The notes under the pieces are model-generated. The model saw nothing but the letters and a program-made list of their open reading frames with translations, was not told the DNA's origin and made no database searches. DNA of 63,538 bases, counting the filler, from Klebsormidium nitens (lineage: Eukaryota > Plantae > Klebsormidiophyceae), in NCBI GenBank assembly GCA_000708835.1. It is 5 parts of 5 records of this genome, joined end to end, with 100 filler letters (N's around TTAATTAATTAA, not from the genome) between each part and the next. Parts side by side here need not be neighbours in the genome. Positions count along the whole stretch, not along the records: positions 45,201 to 63,538 come from DF237569.1; 4 more parts are not named here. The stretch is one strand, 5' to 3'. A program made the translations under genes and the position numbers. Positions 53,317-63,072 of the stretch are shown one piece after another (position 1 is the first letter of the stretch; each line of letters opens with the position of its first letter).

Positions 53317-54227
53317 ATGGACGCCTCCGTGCTAGTGGAGCTGCTGGACAACCACTCGGACATCGACGCCACGGCGTTGAGCGCGCTGGCCTGCGCGTCC
53401 AACTCGTTCGAGGCGGCCGTGCGTTCGGTGTGGCCGGCAAGGCGGGATGCGTACGCGCGGAGTCGGGAAGGGGCGGCGCCAGAGAAGCGGAAGGCCCTCC
53501 CGATCCTACACGATCCGATGGAAATGTACCCCGACCCGAAGGAGGCCTGTCGCTACCACTTGCGGGACCGCCCGCGCCGCGAGCCGAACGTCGAGCTGCA
53601 TTGGAACGAGAAGCCGATGATCTCCTTCGGCTGGGAGCAGGAGCTCTCGGACTGGACCCGGCGGACGGCGTTGGTGCCCGTCGCCCTGGCCAGGCGGGCC
53701 TACTTCCTGAACTCCAAGGACCTGAATATGCTGCAGCAGTACATGGTGCGGCCGTCCAGGGGCTGGAACGGGCCGCGCTTCTACAAGTTCGAGGAGGTGC
53801 TGGCGGCGGCGATGCTGCGCCACGGGAGAGGCCGACTGGCGGACAAGATGTGCGCCCTCGTATCCAGGACGACGCCAAGGCACGGGTTCGGAAGGAGCGC
53901 TGGCACTCCGTCTGGGACGTCGTGTCCACCAAGGGGATCGCGGAGGACTACCTCACCATGAACGTGGTGTACCCCTACGCGAAAGAGTTCGTGGACACGG
54001 GCCGGGGGGGCATCCGAGGCTTCGAGAAGCGCATCCGTCGGCACCGGACGTTCTCGTTCCTGGTCAGCAGGGGCACGGTGAACGCGCCGCTCTATCTCAG
54101 GCCCCTGGAACGCATCATGGTCTCTCACCTGCAACTGGCGTACGTGCTGACCCGGAAGGATGACTTCGTGGCGGACGCTCAGCGGGTGGTGCGGGATCTG
54201 CGGATCGCGTCGGGGGTGGTGGGCTGA
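53317..54227 (+). pseudogene. Paralogue of 52039-52935 with a 1-nt frameshift at ~53870
   Basis: One frame aligns with the paralogue up to MLRHGRGRLADKM. The remainder (ERWHSVW...YAKEFVDTGRGGIRG...PLERIMVSHLQLA) is in the adjacent frame. Confidence 0.8.
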
Positions 54228-54285
54228 GCGGGAGGCGTTCGGGAGGGTCAGAATATAATCGGAGTCTCGGCGTAGGATCGGACAG

Positions 54286-54894
54286 ATGCGGGTGCACGAT
54301 ACGAGAGAGGATATGATGCGGAGCATAGTGAGCGAGAGTGGTTGGAAGATGGCGGAGGTCGGAGTCTTCGTCGGAGACTTCTCGGAGTTTCTGACGACGC
54401 TGGAACCCGCGGAGTTGCATCTGATAGACCCGTTCGAGGGCAGGTTGTGTTCGGGAGACCGAGACGGTGTAAATATCCGCGTTTGCGATGGAGACGACGC
54501 GTACCATTACGTCTGCAATAGGTTCCGAGGAGACGCTAGGTTTCGCGTGCACCGGGGCGCATCGCCCGGAGCGTTTTTGCGTTTCGATCATGGTTATCTC
54601 GACCTCGTGTTTCTGGATGGTCTTCACACCTATGATGGCGTCAAGAAGGATCTCCGCGCGGCCCTCTCCAGGGTGCGCAAGGGTGGCTGGATCACGGGGC
54701 ACGATTATGACGTCAATCCCGAGAGATGTCCGTACGAATATACCTTCGGGGTCAGAAGGGCCGTAGATGAGTTCTGCGAGACCCACAGTCTGACCGTGTC
54801 TCACATCACCGACGATGGTTACAGGAGTTATGCCATCCAGACTCCTGAGTACGGAGTCGAGCCAGTAGCAAAGCATTGCAACACGCTTGTATGA
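54286..54894 (+). CDS. Class I SAM-dependent methyltransferase (Methyltransf_24-like)
   Basis: EVGVFVGDFS (motif I), LHLIDPF, LDLVFLDGLHTYDGVKKDL and GGWITGHDY. Confidence 0.88.
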   Translation: MRVHDTREDMMRSIVSESGWKMAEVGVFVGDFSEFLTTLEPAELHLIDPFEGRLCSGDRDGVNIRVCDGDDAYHYVCNRFRGDARFRVHRGASPGAFLRFDHGYLDLVFLDGLHTYDGVKKDLRAALSRVRKGGWITGHDYDVNPERCPYEYTFGVRRAVDEFCETHSLTVSHITDDGYRSYAIQTPEYGVEPVAKHCNTLV

Positions 54895-55014
54895 TGAGGC
54901 TACTGATGCTCGCTTAAGGAAGCACAAATCCTGAAATCTAACAGCTTTAGTTGGAAGTTCAAGGGGGGCTTGTCTTTGCGTTTTACCAGTTCGGAAATTG
55001 TATATTCTCACATT

Positions 55015-56178
55015 ATGTCATCTTCGAGGATGGACGCCGCAGTCGCTAAAGAGGTGAAACTGCTGCCGTGTCGCTTCTCCGGCTGCGCGAAGGCTTATAA
55101 AGCTGAATCAGGCCTTAGACGACATTTCCGTGCTCATACCAAAACTTGCGCACCAGCGGGAACAGAGATGGGCTGGAAGCGACATTTCAAGTACCGTCAT
55201 ATATACGGACTTCCTGACGGCAGGGTCTGGAGCTGCGCAAGTGGGCGGTATCTGACCGGAACAAAGCGCAATGGTTATATCAAGGTAGATGTTGATGGCA
55301 AAAATATCAACAGACACCGCCTCAACTTTGAGATTGCTACGGGACGTGCGATCGCTCCAGGCATGCATATAGACCACATTGTACCTTCGCAAAAGGAGGC
55401 AAACAGCTCCGAACGGCAAGCCGAGGACGACAGTTGGGCGAACCTTCAAGAGATGACGCCGGCAGAGCATATGCGGAAAACTCACGCGGGTAATGCGAAC
55501 AGAAAACAGAAGGATACTTGCGTCCCGGTGTTGGCAGCCCATGTTACCGATGGCGAAACAACGCGCTACAACTCAATGCATGATGCAGCAGCTGCTCTGG
55601 ATCTAAACGTCCAGGCTATCAAGAGACGCATTCGACAGCGTTCAAGCAAGGCAGTTGGGGGATATGTCTTCAGCATATGCCCAGCGCATCTGATAGATCA
55701 GGACGACAGAGAGGATGAGGTCTGGGTTGACGCAATCGTGGATGGAACACCTCTCGATGGTTGGAAAGTCAGCTCGGTTGGCCGGGTCCAGCTACAAAAT
55801 GGACGACGCACCGAGGGCTACGTTTCGAGAGGACGGCGGAAGGTGATACAAGTTAAGAAGCGAGGGTTGATAGGTGTACACGCAATAGTGGCTCACTCAT
55901 TTCTGGGGCCTCCACCGACCTCGAAGCATACCGTAGATCATATCAACCGAGAAAGAGCAGATAATAGACTCAAGAACCTATGATGGGCCACTCCGGAAGA
56001 ACAGGCGCGGAACAGAAAGTCTAGTAAGCAGGTCCATAAGTACGACACTGCATGGAATATCCTGAAGACATATGGAACAATCCGGGAGGCCGCAAAAGAT
56101 AACAATCTGACGGAGAAAGTGCTGATATATGCGATTAAAGTAGGCAAAATGGCAGGTGGATTCAAGTGGCAAAGATAA
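55015..56178 (+). pseudogene. HNH homing endonuclease (C2H2 finger, 2 x HNH, 2 x NUMOD1-like) with an in-frame TGA at 55981-55983
   Basis: CRFSGCAKAY...LRRHFRAH; HIDHI...NLQEMT..EH; YNSMHDAA; VHAIVAHSFLG...VDHINRERADNRLKNL*WATPEEQARN. The frame continues through YGTIREAA...GGFKW to TAA at 56176-56178. Confidence 0.9.
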
Positions 56179-56183
56179 CACGA

Positions 56184-56423
56184 ACACCTATGAAGGCCGC
56201 CGTGAGAAAGGACCTCCGCGCGGCCCTCTCCAGGGTGCGGAAGGGTGGCTGGATCACGGGCCACGACTATGACGTCAATCCCGAGAGATGCCCGTACAAA
56301 TACACTTTTGGCGTCAGACGTGCCGTAGATGAGTTCTGCGAGACCCACGGTCTGACCGTGTCTCACATCACCGACGACGGATATAGGAGTTATGCTATCC
56401 GGACTCCGGCGTGATACGGAGTC
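56184..56423 (+). pseudogene. Displaced duplicate of the methyltransferase 3' end (homologous to 54626-54858)
   Basis: Encodes KDLRAALSRVRKGGWITGHDY...YRSYAI.TP. Homology starts at ACACCTATGA, 5 bp after the HNH stop codon. Confidence 0.93.
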
Positions 56424-57079
56424 CGCCGATGGCACGTATCTGGAGTCCACCGAAGTGGCGACTTAGGCCGTGGTCAGTTGCTTCGAGATGGCCAAAAATC
56501 TAGAGTTGACTGCTGCACTTCGGTGTTCACACACGGAACCGGCTGCCGACAAGCCATATTCTTTCTCACATACTACCACCCCGGACCAAATCATCATGCC
56601 ATGAGATGTACTCCGCCATTGTAGGACATGAACATCGGCAGGCGTTGATGGCTCTCGACGGATGTCTGGCGGTTCTGCATCAAGAGATATCTATGTTCTA
56701 CTACATCGCTCCACAGCAGCGGCACATCCGCATGATGGCGACATCCTGTAAAGATCAAACGTAGCCCGATCGTCGTACTCAAATGCCAGTAGAGTCCAAA
56801 TGGTCGTTCCAGACATTCACACGCCTCTCCTTCATGTCATCAGGCCCAGTTCGTATGAGATGCTGACGCACAAATAATGCAACGCGTTGCAAAATCTCAG
56901 AATCAATGGTATATCTGAGCACCGGCAATATAAGGTCACAAAACCTATCATTACACTTTCTTGCGAAAAGCCGTCCTTAATCTGCAACTTCTTATAAGAC
57001 ACCCTCAACTGCTTGTCATCCTGAAACACCTGGGTTCGTGGTCTCTTTTCTTTCACAGGTCTCGCGCGACTGCTGATGT

Positions 57080-57830
57080 TTAACTCAGTGGTTCAACCAG
57101 CTCTGTATCTCTCTGCAGTAAAAGCCTTCTCAGAGATGCACAGGCCTCTCGTGCATCGTCAAACAGTGGAAACAGAAGACCTCTCAGTATAGGGCCTGAT
57201 TTGTTAGTCGATGTGACTGGGAAGCGGATGTCCCATCCTTCTGGTGCCCATGCAGAGAGCGGGATCCACGGCAGATAGTGTTTGCTGAAGTTACGCAACG
57301 AGTTGGCATCGATCCCGCCACTTACGGAACGGTTACGGGTCCTATTCTTGATGTCTCTTAGCTCTGCAAAGCGCGGATCAAGAAAGGTGCCATCTCTAGC
57401 CCAATAGATACGCCCCGCAGTTGCCGGCTGAGCAATCTTCTTCTCCACAAACACCGCCAACCCATCAAATAGTGCCATCAGTAGGGACGTGCCGACTTGA
57501 AAGTGGTAGCACATTAACAAGTGGTCCCCCCCCTGCTGCGCCTCTCGCAGAGCATCCACCAAATGCTCGCGGGTGAAACGGAGAGCAGTACCGAACGATG
57601 CCATCACACCCGGATCATTCAGACCAGCAATGGGGTCGAATAGGTCCTCAGCATCCTGCAAAAGAAAAGCAATGTCGAGCATTTTGCCAAGGGCTGCAAC
57701 TTTTGATGACCAATGATAATATCCACAGCGCAGCTGCCGCACAGTGCGTTTTAGAACAGAGACCAAAAACAAACACCAAAGCACCAACCCACGGAGCCCG
57801 ATTTGAGTACTTACCATTGCAACAGCAGTG
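57080..57830 (-). CDS. Probable spliced hypothetical gene, terminal exon ~57080-57740
   Basis: Long open frame with an ATG|GTAAGT donor (~57813) and a downstream GCAG| acceptor (~57740); no recognisable domain. Confidence 0.4.
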
Positions 57831-58474
57831 TGCCTGCCACTTTCCTTCCTGAAGCGGACACACCCAACCCAGGTCCGGAGACCCACCAACTTGGCGTCCC
57901 TCAAGAGCCTAACAAGAGCATGTCAAAGGAATCAGGTATTTGTTGATACGACAAGTGTGTTAAGCCCCCAAGTAAAGTGCTGTAAGGTTCTGCCTGTGCT
58001 AGCTGACAGCCTTCCCTTGAAAGAGAGTTTTGAGTCCGGCGAGTCACTCACTTTCTGCTTCTAGCATCTCCTGGATTCCCAGGTCTTCCATGCGGTCTTC
58101 CATGAGCCCAGAAATGTAAGAGTCTCGCGCAAAAACTATTGCCTTCTCAGGTTCCACTCTCTTCTTAGCAGATGTCAACCACTTACCCAACGCGCAAAAT
58201 TCTTATGTCTGATAGGCGCGCATGCAGAGATTCTTCACTAAAGCCTTTGATTTCTTCATGCTGATTATCATCCTACCTGCAGAAAGCAAGGAGCTTTGCC
58301 GAACAGAGAAAGTGCTGTCTCGTGTCTTGTGGGGTTTTTGATTAGGGAATTCGCTAGGGCATGTTGAAACTCGCGGATCCTACTCTCGTCTATGTCGAAA
58401 AACGTCAACGTGACCATACTGGGGTGGTATCTGAATGTATCTGATATATGAGGGGCGGAAAGTACGGGCGTGCC

Positions 58475-59242
58475 TCAGGCTGCGAGGCCCGGGGCGGGGG
58501 TGGGTTGGGGGATCTCGGCATCGCTCCTGGGTCCGTCGCCCCACAGAGGGTTCAGGCCGGCCAGGGAGCCCCCGATGAGCGGCCCCGCCAGAAAGACCCA
58601 GATCTCGGACCATTGGTGGCGGGCGTTGCTCCCCGACGCGACGGCGGCACCGATGGACCTCGCCGGATTGATAGACGTTCCGGTGATGGGGATGAGCGCG
58701 AGGTGGCAGACGAGGACCGCGCCGCCGATGGCGAGAGGCCCGTGCCCGTATTGCTTGGTGGCCAGGTATGATACGTGCAGGACGACGGTGACGAGGAAGG
58801 CCGTGGCGACGATCTCGGCGATGAGGGCCTGCCAGAGGGCGTGCCCGTGCGTCACGTAGTTGACGCCCCTGCCGCCCGCGTCGTAGAGGTCCCAATCACT
58901 GACGAGACGGGCGAGGCACGCTCCGCACGTGGCTCCGAGGAACTGAGCGGTGCCGTACAGCGCCGCACGAACAGGCGAGATGCTCTTGCGGACGAGGAAG
59001 CCTAAAGTAACCGCCGGATTCAGATGCGCTCCGCTCACGTCTCCGAAGGTGTACGCGAGAGTGCTGATGGTGACGCCGAACACGGTGGCCACTCCGATCG
59101 GGGCGAGTAGGTTCGCGACGCCCAGGGCTTGATCGGCGGGGTAGTTGACGACGGTGGTGATCACGGTGAACAGGAAGAGGCCGCTGCCCACGAATTCGGC
59201 ACAGGTCGCTCGATAGAGGGGGCTCTCGTAGAGGCTAGGCAT
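58475..59242 (-). CDS. Aquaporin (MIP family, PIP-like), intronless
   Basis: Both NPA boxes intact (SGAHLNPAVT, GTSINPARS); six TM helices; LYRATCAEF and HLALIPITGT are PIP-like. Confidence 0.96.
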   Translation of the reverse strand: MPSLYESPLYRATCAEFVGSGLFLFTVITTVVNYPADQALGVANLLAPIGVATVFGVTISTLAYTFGDVSGAHLNPAVTLGFLVRKSISPVRAALYGTAQFLGATCGACLARLVSDWDLYDAGGRGVNYVTHGHALWQALIAEIVATAFLVTVVLHVSYLATKQYGHGPLAIGGAVLVCHLALIPITGTSINPARSIGAAVASGSNARHQWSEIWVFLAGPLIGGSLAGLNPLWGDGPRSDAEIPQPTPAPGLAA

Positions 59243-59449
59243 ACTCAGGTAGACTGATTGCAGATTTATTTGTCAGATCAGAACGCAAATCTTCTTGTTG
59301 AAACAACTGAATTTCCATGTGGGTCATTGGTTGTCTGAGAACATTCAGCTCTCACATACATCGTTCGCATGAAAGACATGGCTAGGCGCCTCAGCAAGAG
59401 ACGGCATACATGGTTCGGCAAGCGTAATGTTTAGATTACAAAGCATCAA

Positions 59450-60855
59450 CTACGCCTTTGCTGGATGTACACTCCTACATGCTATCTTTCTATATTGGTA
59501 GCAGAACTCTGACTCGTCCTCCAATTCCAAGATCCTTTCCTCCGGATAGCCTATGAAATGAAGCAGTACCCCGGCCTCATTCTGCGCGCTCTTGTAATCA
59601 AGAAATAGGGTTCGAAGAATGTTCTCGAGTAGATTGTAGCGTCCTTCGCAGGATTGAAGCGCACAAGATGAAGCGGCACCTTTAAAACATCCTTGATCTT
59701 CCCAATGCGGTCGGCCTCGCACTCGACGGCGTAGTAACGATGGTAGGACTCGTCAACCTCCAGGATGACGACGTGTGTCTGGAACACGAAGACGTAGTCG
59801 GGGCGTGTGATGCACGAAGTGCTTTGCTTTGCCAGGTTCCGGGCGCAAGGGAGTTGCTGATCGCAGTAAGACCATACCCAGCCCAGCTGCGTCAACCACC
59901 TGGTCGTGTATACCTCCCACTGTTTGAGCGAGGTACCGGACCGGCACGTGTAGCAGGCGGCGCCTTCAAAATGCACGGAGACCTCAGAGCATACACAGCA
60001 ACGACGGCCGCCCCCGTGCTTCTTGCAGAAGGTTGATCCTCGGGCAGCTGTCTCGCATCCGGCCTCCTCGCACCGCTTGCCGCCGCCGTGCTTGATGCAA
60101 CGATCCGTTGGCCCTTCTGCGCCCTTATCGCATCCCGTTTCCTTGCATCGCCTACCACCTCCGTGCAATCTGCAGAATCATGTCGGTTTTACAGCGCCAC
60201 TCGCGCATCCGGCCTCCTCACACCGCCGGCCGCCCCCGTGTCTGGTACAAAGTAAGGATCCACTGAGCGCAGAAGTGCTGCAGCCGCTCTCTTGGCACCG
60301 CCTGCCACCACCATGTTGCTTACAAAAAGACGTTCCTCCCTGCGCGGACTTATGGCAGTCGACTCCCGCACACCTCCTGCCGCCACCATGATTGATACAC
60401 ATATTGGATGTGCCTACCGCCGACTTATCACATCCTGGCTCTAAACAGCGCCGACCGCCTCCGTGTTTGATGCAGAAGTTTGTAGACCCTTGTGCAAGCC
60501 TGTTGCATTTGGCATCGTGGCACCGCCGACCACCTCCGTGCGTTGTGCAAAAGTCGGACGGTCCAATTGCAGCCTTACTGCATCCTGTCTTTTGACACCG
60601 AGCCCCCCCGCCGTGTCTCTTGCACAACATGGTTCGCCCTATCGCGCCCTTGTTGCAATCGGGGGCCTGACATCGTCGCCCTCCGCCGTGCTTGGAACAG
60701 AAGTTGGCTGCGCTGACGGAGGACTTGCCGCACCCTGGGTGTTGACATCTGCGACCGCCGCCATGCCTCTTGCACAAGCCTTTCGCTTGCACTCCATTAG
60801 TACAGTCGTCATGGATGCATATTCTACGCTTAGGCTTACTGCCTGCGTCTTCCAT
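59450..60855 (-). pseudogene. GGGRRC (WRKY19-like zinc-finger) repeat protein with a C-terminal PD-(D/E)xK/Vsr-like endonuclease; one nonsense codon and one frameshift
   Basis: About ten C..GC.K.A.G....C..HGGG.RC units. In-frame TGA at 60180-60178 (KPT*FCRLHGGG). RPDYVF...ILEVDESYH...EADR...LVRFNP; the C-terminus continues in another frame after ~59648. Confidence 0.85.
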
Positions 60856-61017
60856 TGCTAAACGTCCTCCTTAAGGGGGATTTGATAGGGTGGTCCGTCG
60901 TTGATATGGCCGCTTCCTTATGCCCGTCGCGAGGGGGCGAGAGCATGCGTCTCGATGTGCATTTTTAATGTGGATCCTAGAACTTAGCTCCGATTCGGAG
61001 GAAGTCCCGTAGAAGAG

Positions 61018-62940
61018 ATGTCGAGCCTGCCATTCACGGGCCGTCTGGGCGCGTCCTCGTCGTCCTCCTTCGTCACAGATTCGACTGGCACTTCAGTCGC
61101 GGTCGGGCAGGGTACGGGCGTGGATGCGGGTGGCACTCAGAACATATTTTTGGGCTTCAATGCCGCCAAGAGTAACACTGGGAGCTCAAACCTGATCGCT
61201 GGATACGCGGCGAATAGCGAGTCGACAGGATCGACTACCGGGGCGGTCATCCTTGGCGCGAATGCGGGCCTCCTGGCGAGCAATTCGTCGGACAACGTGC
61301 TGATCGGCAACGCGGTGGCCCAGCACACGCTGACCGCCAGCCAGGTGGTCGCGATCGGGGCACGTGCCTTCTCCGAGAACACGAGCGGCTGGTTCAACTG
61401 CGTGATGGGCGCGGACAGCTTCGCGAACACGGGCTCTTCGGCGAAGAACGTCGCGCTGGGTGCCTTCAGCGGGTATCAGGTGAACACGAACAACTCGTGC
61501 ATCATGGGCTATCAGGCCGCGTACGGCAAGGACGCCAGGCTGTGCGAGGGTCTGGTCGTGATCGGCTCGCAGGCGATGTACAACATATCGGCCGTCGTGA
61601 ACGGTCTCAGCATCGGCCGATTCAGCGGATTCAATCTGACGACGGCGACGGATTTCATGGCCATCGGGAGCCGAGCGGGGTATGCGGTGACGACTCAGGA
61701 CTCGGTATTAGCGGTAGGACACGCGAGCGCGCAGAACGCGCAGTTGACGGACGAGGTCACCCTGCTGGGACACGGTTCCGGGAAGAGCCTGGCGGGGGGC
61801 GGCGCGGTCGCCTTGGGGAACAGGGCGGCCGCGACGGCGAGGGGTACCGACCTGACCGCGGTGGGCATAGATGCCCTGAACGGCGCGCTCCCCCGCGCGG
61901 TGTCGTCCACCGTGGCGGTCGGCAAGCAGAGCGGGTACGGTGCCGCCTGCACCGATTCCATCTACCTGGGAAATTGCGCCGGAAAGGGGGCCACCGGGTC
62001 GGGATGCGTGTTCATAGGGCATCAGAGCGGGGCCAGCGAGACGTCGTCCTTCCGCTTCGTGCTCGGGGCCACCAGCACGAGGGCGCCTCTGCTGACGGGC
62101 AACCTGGACACGAACGCCTGCCCTTATCTGACGGTGAACGGGGCGCTGCGGATCCAGCAGTCCAGCCCCGGCAGCCCCACCGCCGTGGACGACGGGATCG
62201 TGTTCAACAAGGACGCGACGTCGTGGCAGGTCTACGTGGACGACTCGGACGGTCTGTCTGTGCGCAAGAACGGGTCGCCGGTGGTGTACTTCGACAGCGA
62301 GGCCGATCTGGCAGCCAACCTCGACTTCACGGGCCAGCATAGGACGGCCGTGACAGAGAGCTTCCGGTCCCTCGTGGTCGCAGGCACCACGCCGCAAGGG
62401 GTCCCTCTGGTCGGCTGCGTCGTGTGCAGCACGGGTCGAATCAGCTCCGTGCCAGACAAGACTGGCGTGGTGAGGACGGGTTCGGACGGGATCAGGGTCT
62501 CGTGCGCCCTGCCGGTGGTGGAGCTGAGCATGGAACGGAAGGACAAAAGGTGCTTCGGCGTCTTCGCGGGATGCGAGGACATGCTGCTGACGGGATCCGG
62601 AGGAGCCAGGTCGAGAGTCTACCGAGCCGGCGGGATGAACGTCGTGGTGGCCAAGGCCTCGAACGACGATCGGGTCGTGATCAACAGCCTGGGAGAGGGC
62701 GCGTGCTGGATCGTCGGCGAGCCCGGCACGCGGGTGGAGAACGGCGACTACGTCTGTACCAGCGACGTCCCCGGCTTGGCGGAGCCGCAGGACGACGACG
62801 TGATGCACTCGTACACGGTGGCGAAACTCACCATGAGCTGCGACTTCGATCCGGACAGCCTGGACCATGCTTGCGTGGCCTTCGAGTACGACGGACGGGC
62901 GCGCGTCGCCTGCCTGTTGGCGTGCACGTACGCATTCTGA
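61018..62940 (+). CDS. Virion fibre/spike-like protein: N..G..A beta-roll repeats plus an NCLDV C-terminal chaperone-like domain
   Basis: Repeats NIFLGFNAA, NVLIGNAVA, NVALGAFSG and SIYLGNCAG. C-terminal FTGQHR...LPVV.LS...DKRCFGV...INSLGEGACW...ENGDYVCTS...QDDD..HSYTVAK.T..CDF is typical of algal-virus fibre proteins. Confidence 0.8.
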   Translation: MSSLPFTGRLGASSSSSFVTDSTGTSVAVGQGTGVDAGGTQNIFLGFNAAKSNTGSSNLIAGYAANSESTGSTTGAVILGANAGLLASNSSDNVLIGNAVAQHTLTASQVVAIGARAFSENTSGWFNCVMGADSFANTGSSAKNVALGAFSGYQVNTNNSCIMGYQAAYGKDARLCEGLVVIGSQAMYNISAVVNGLSIGRFSGFNLTTATDFMAIGSRAGYAVTTQDSVLAVGHASAQNAQLTDEVTLLGHGSGKSLAGGGAVALGNRAAATARGTDLTAVGIDALNGALPRAVSSTVAVGKQSGYGAACTDSIYLGNCAGKGATGSGCVFIGHQSGASETSSFRFVLGATSTRAPLLTGNLDTNACPYLTVNGALRIQQSSPGSPTAVDDGIVFNKDATSWQVYVDDSDGLSVRKNGSPVVYFDSEADLAANLDFTGQHRTAVTESFRSLVVAGTTPQGVPLVGCVVCSTGRISSVPDKTGVVRTGSDGIRVSCALPVVELSMERKDKRCFGVFAGCEDMLLTGSGGARSRVYRAGGMNVVVAKASNDDRVVINSLGEGACWIVGEPGTRVENGDYVCTSDVPGLAEPQDDDVMHSYTVAKLTMSCDFDPDSLDHACVAFEYDGRARVACLLACTYAF

Positions 62941-63072
62941 TATGGTGAATGTTTCGGACATTTCTCTGATTCGCCCAATCTTCCGTCCGCCTCTCTGGAT
63001 ATGAGAACCGCATGCATGCCATTCGATTCCGGATCGCTTGGATTCTCGCGATACATGCATCACCGTCGTTTC

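Larger units (their letters stand above)
45201..56423. mobile_element. Endogenous giant-virus (NCLDV) segment 3
   Basis: GC-rich, intronless, dense genes including an MCP-like gene, an HNH endonuclease and a methyltransferase. Confidence 0.85.
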
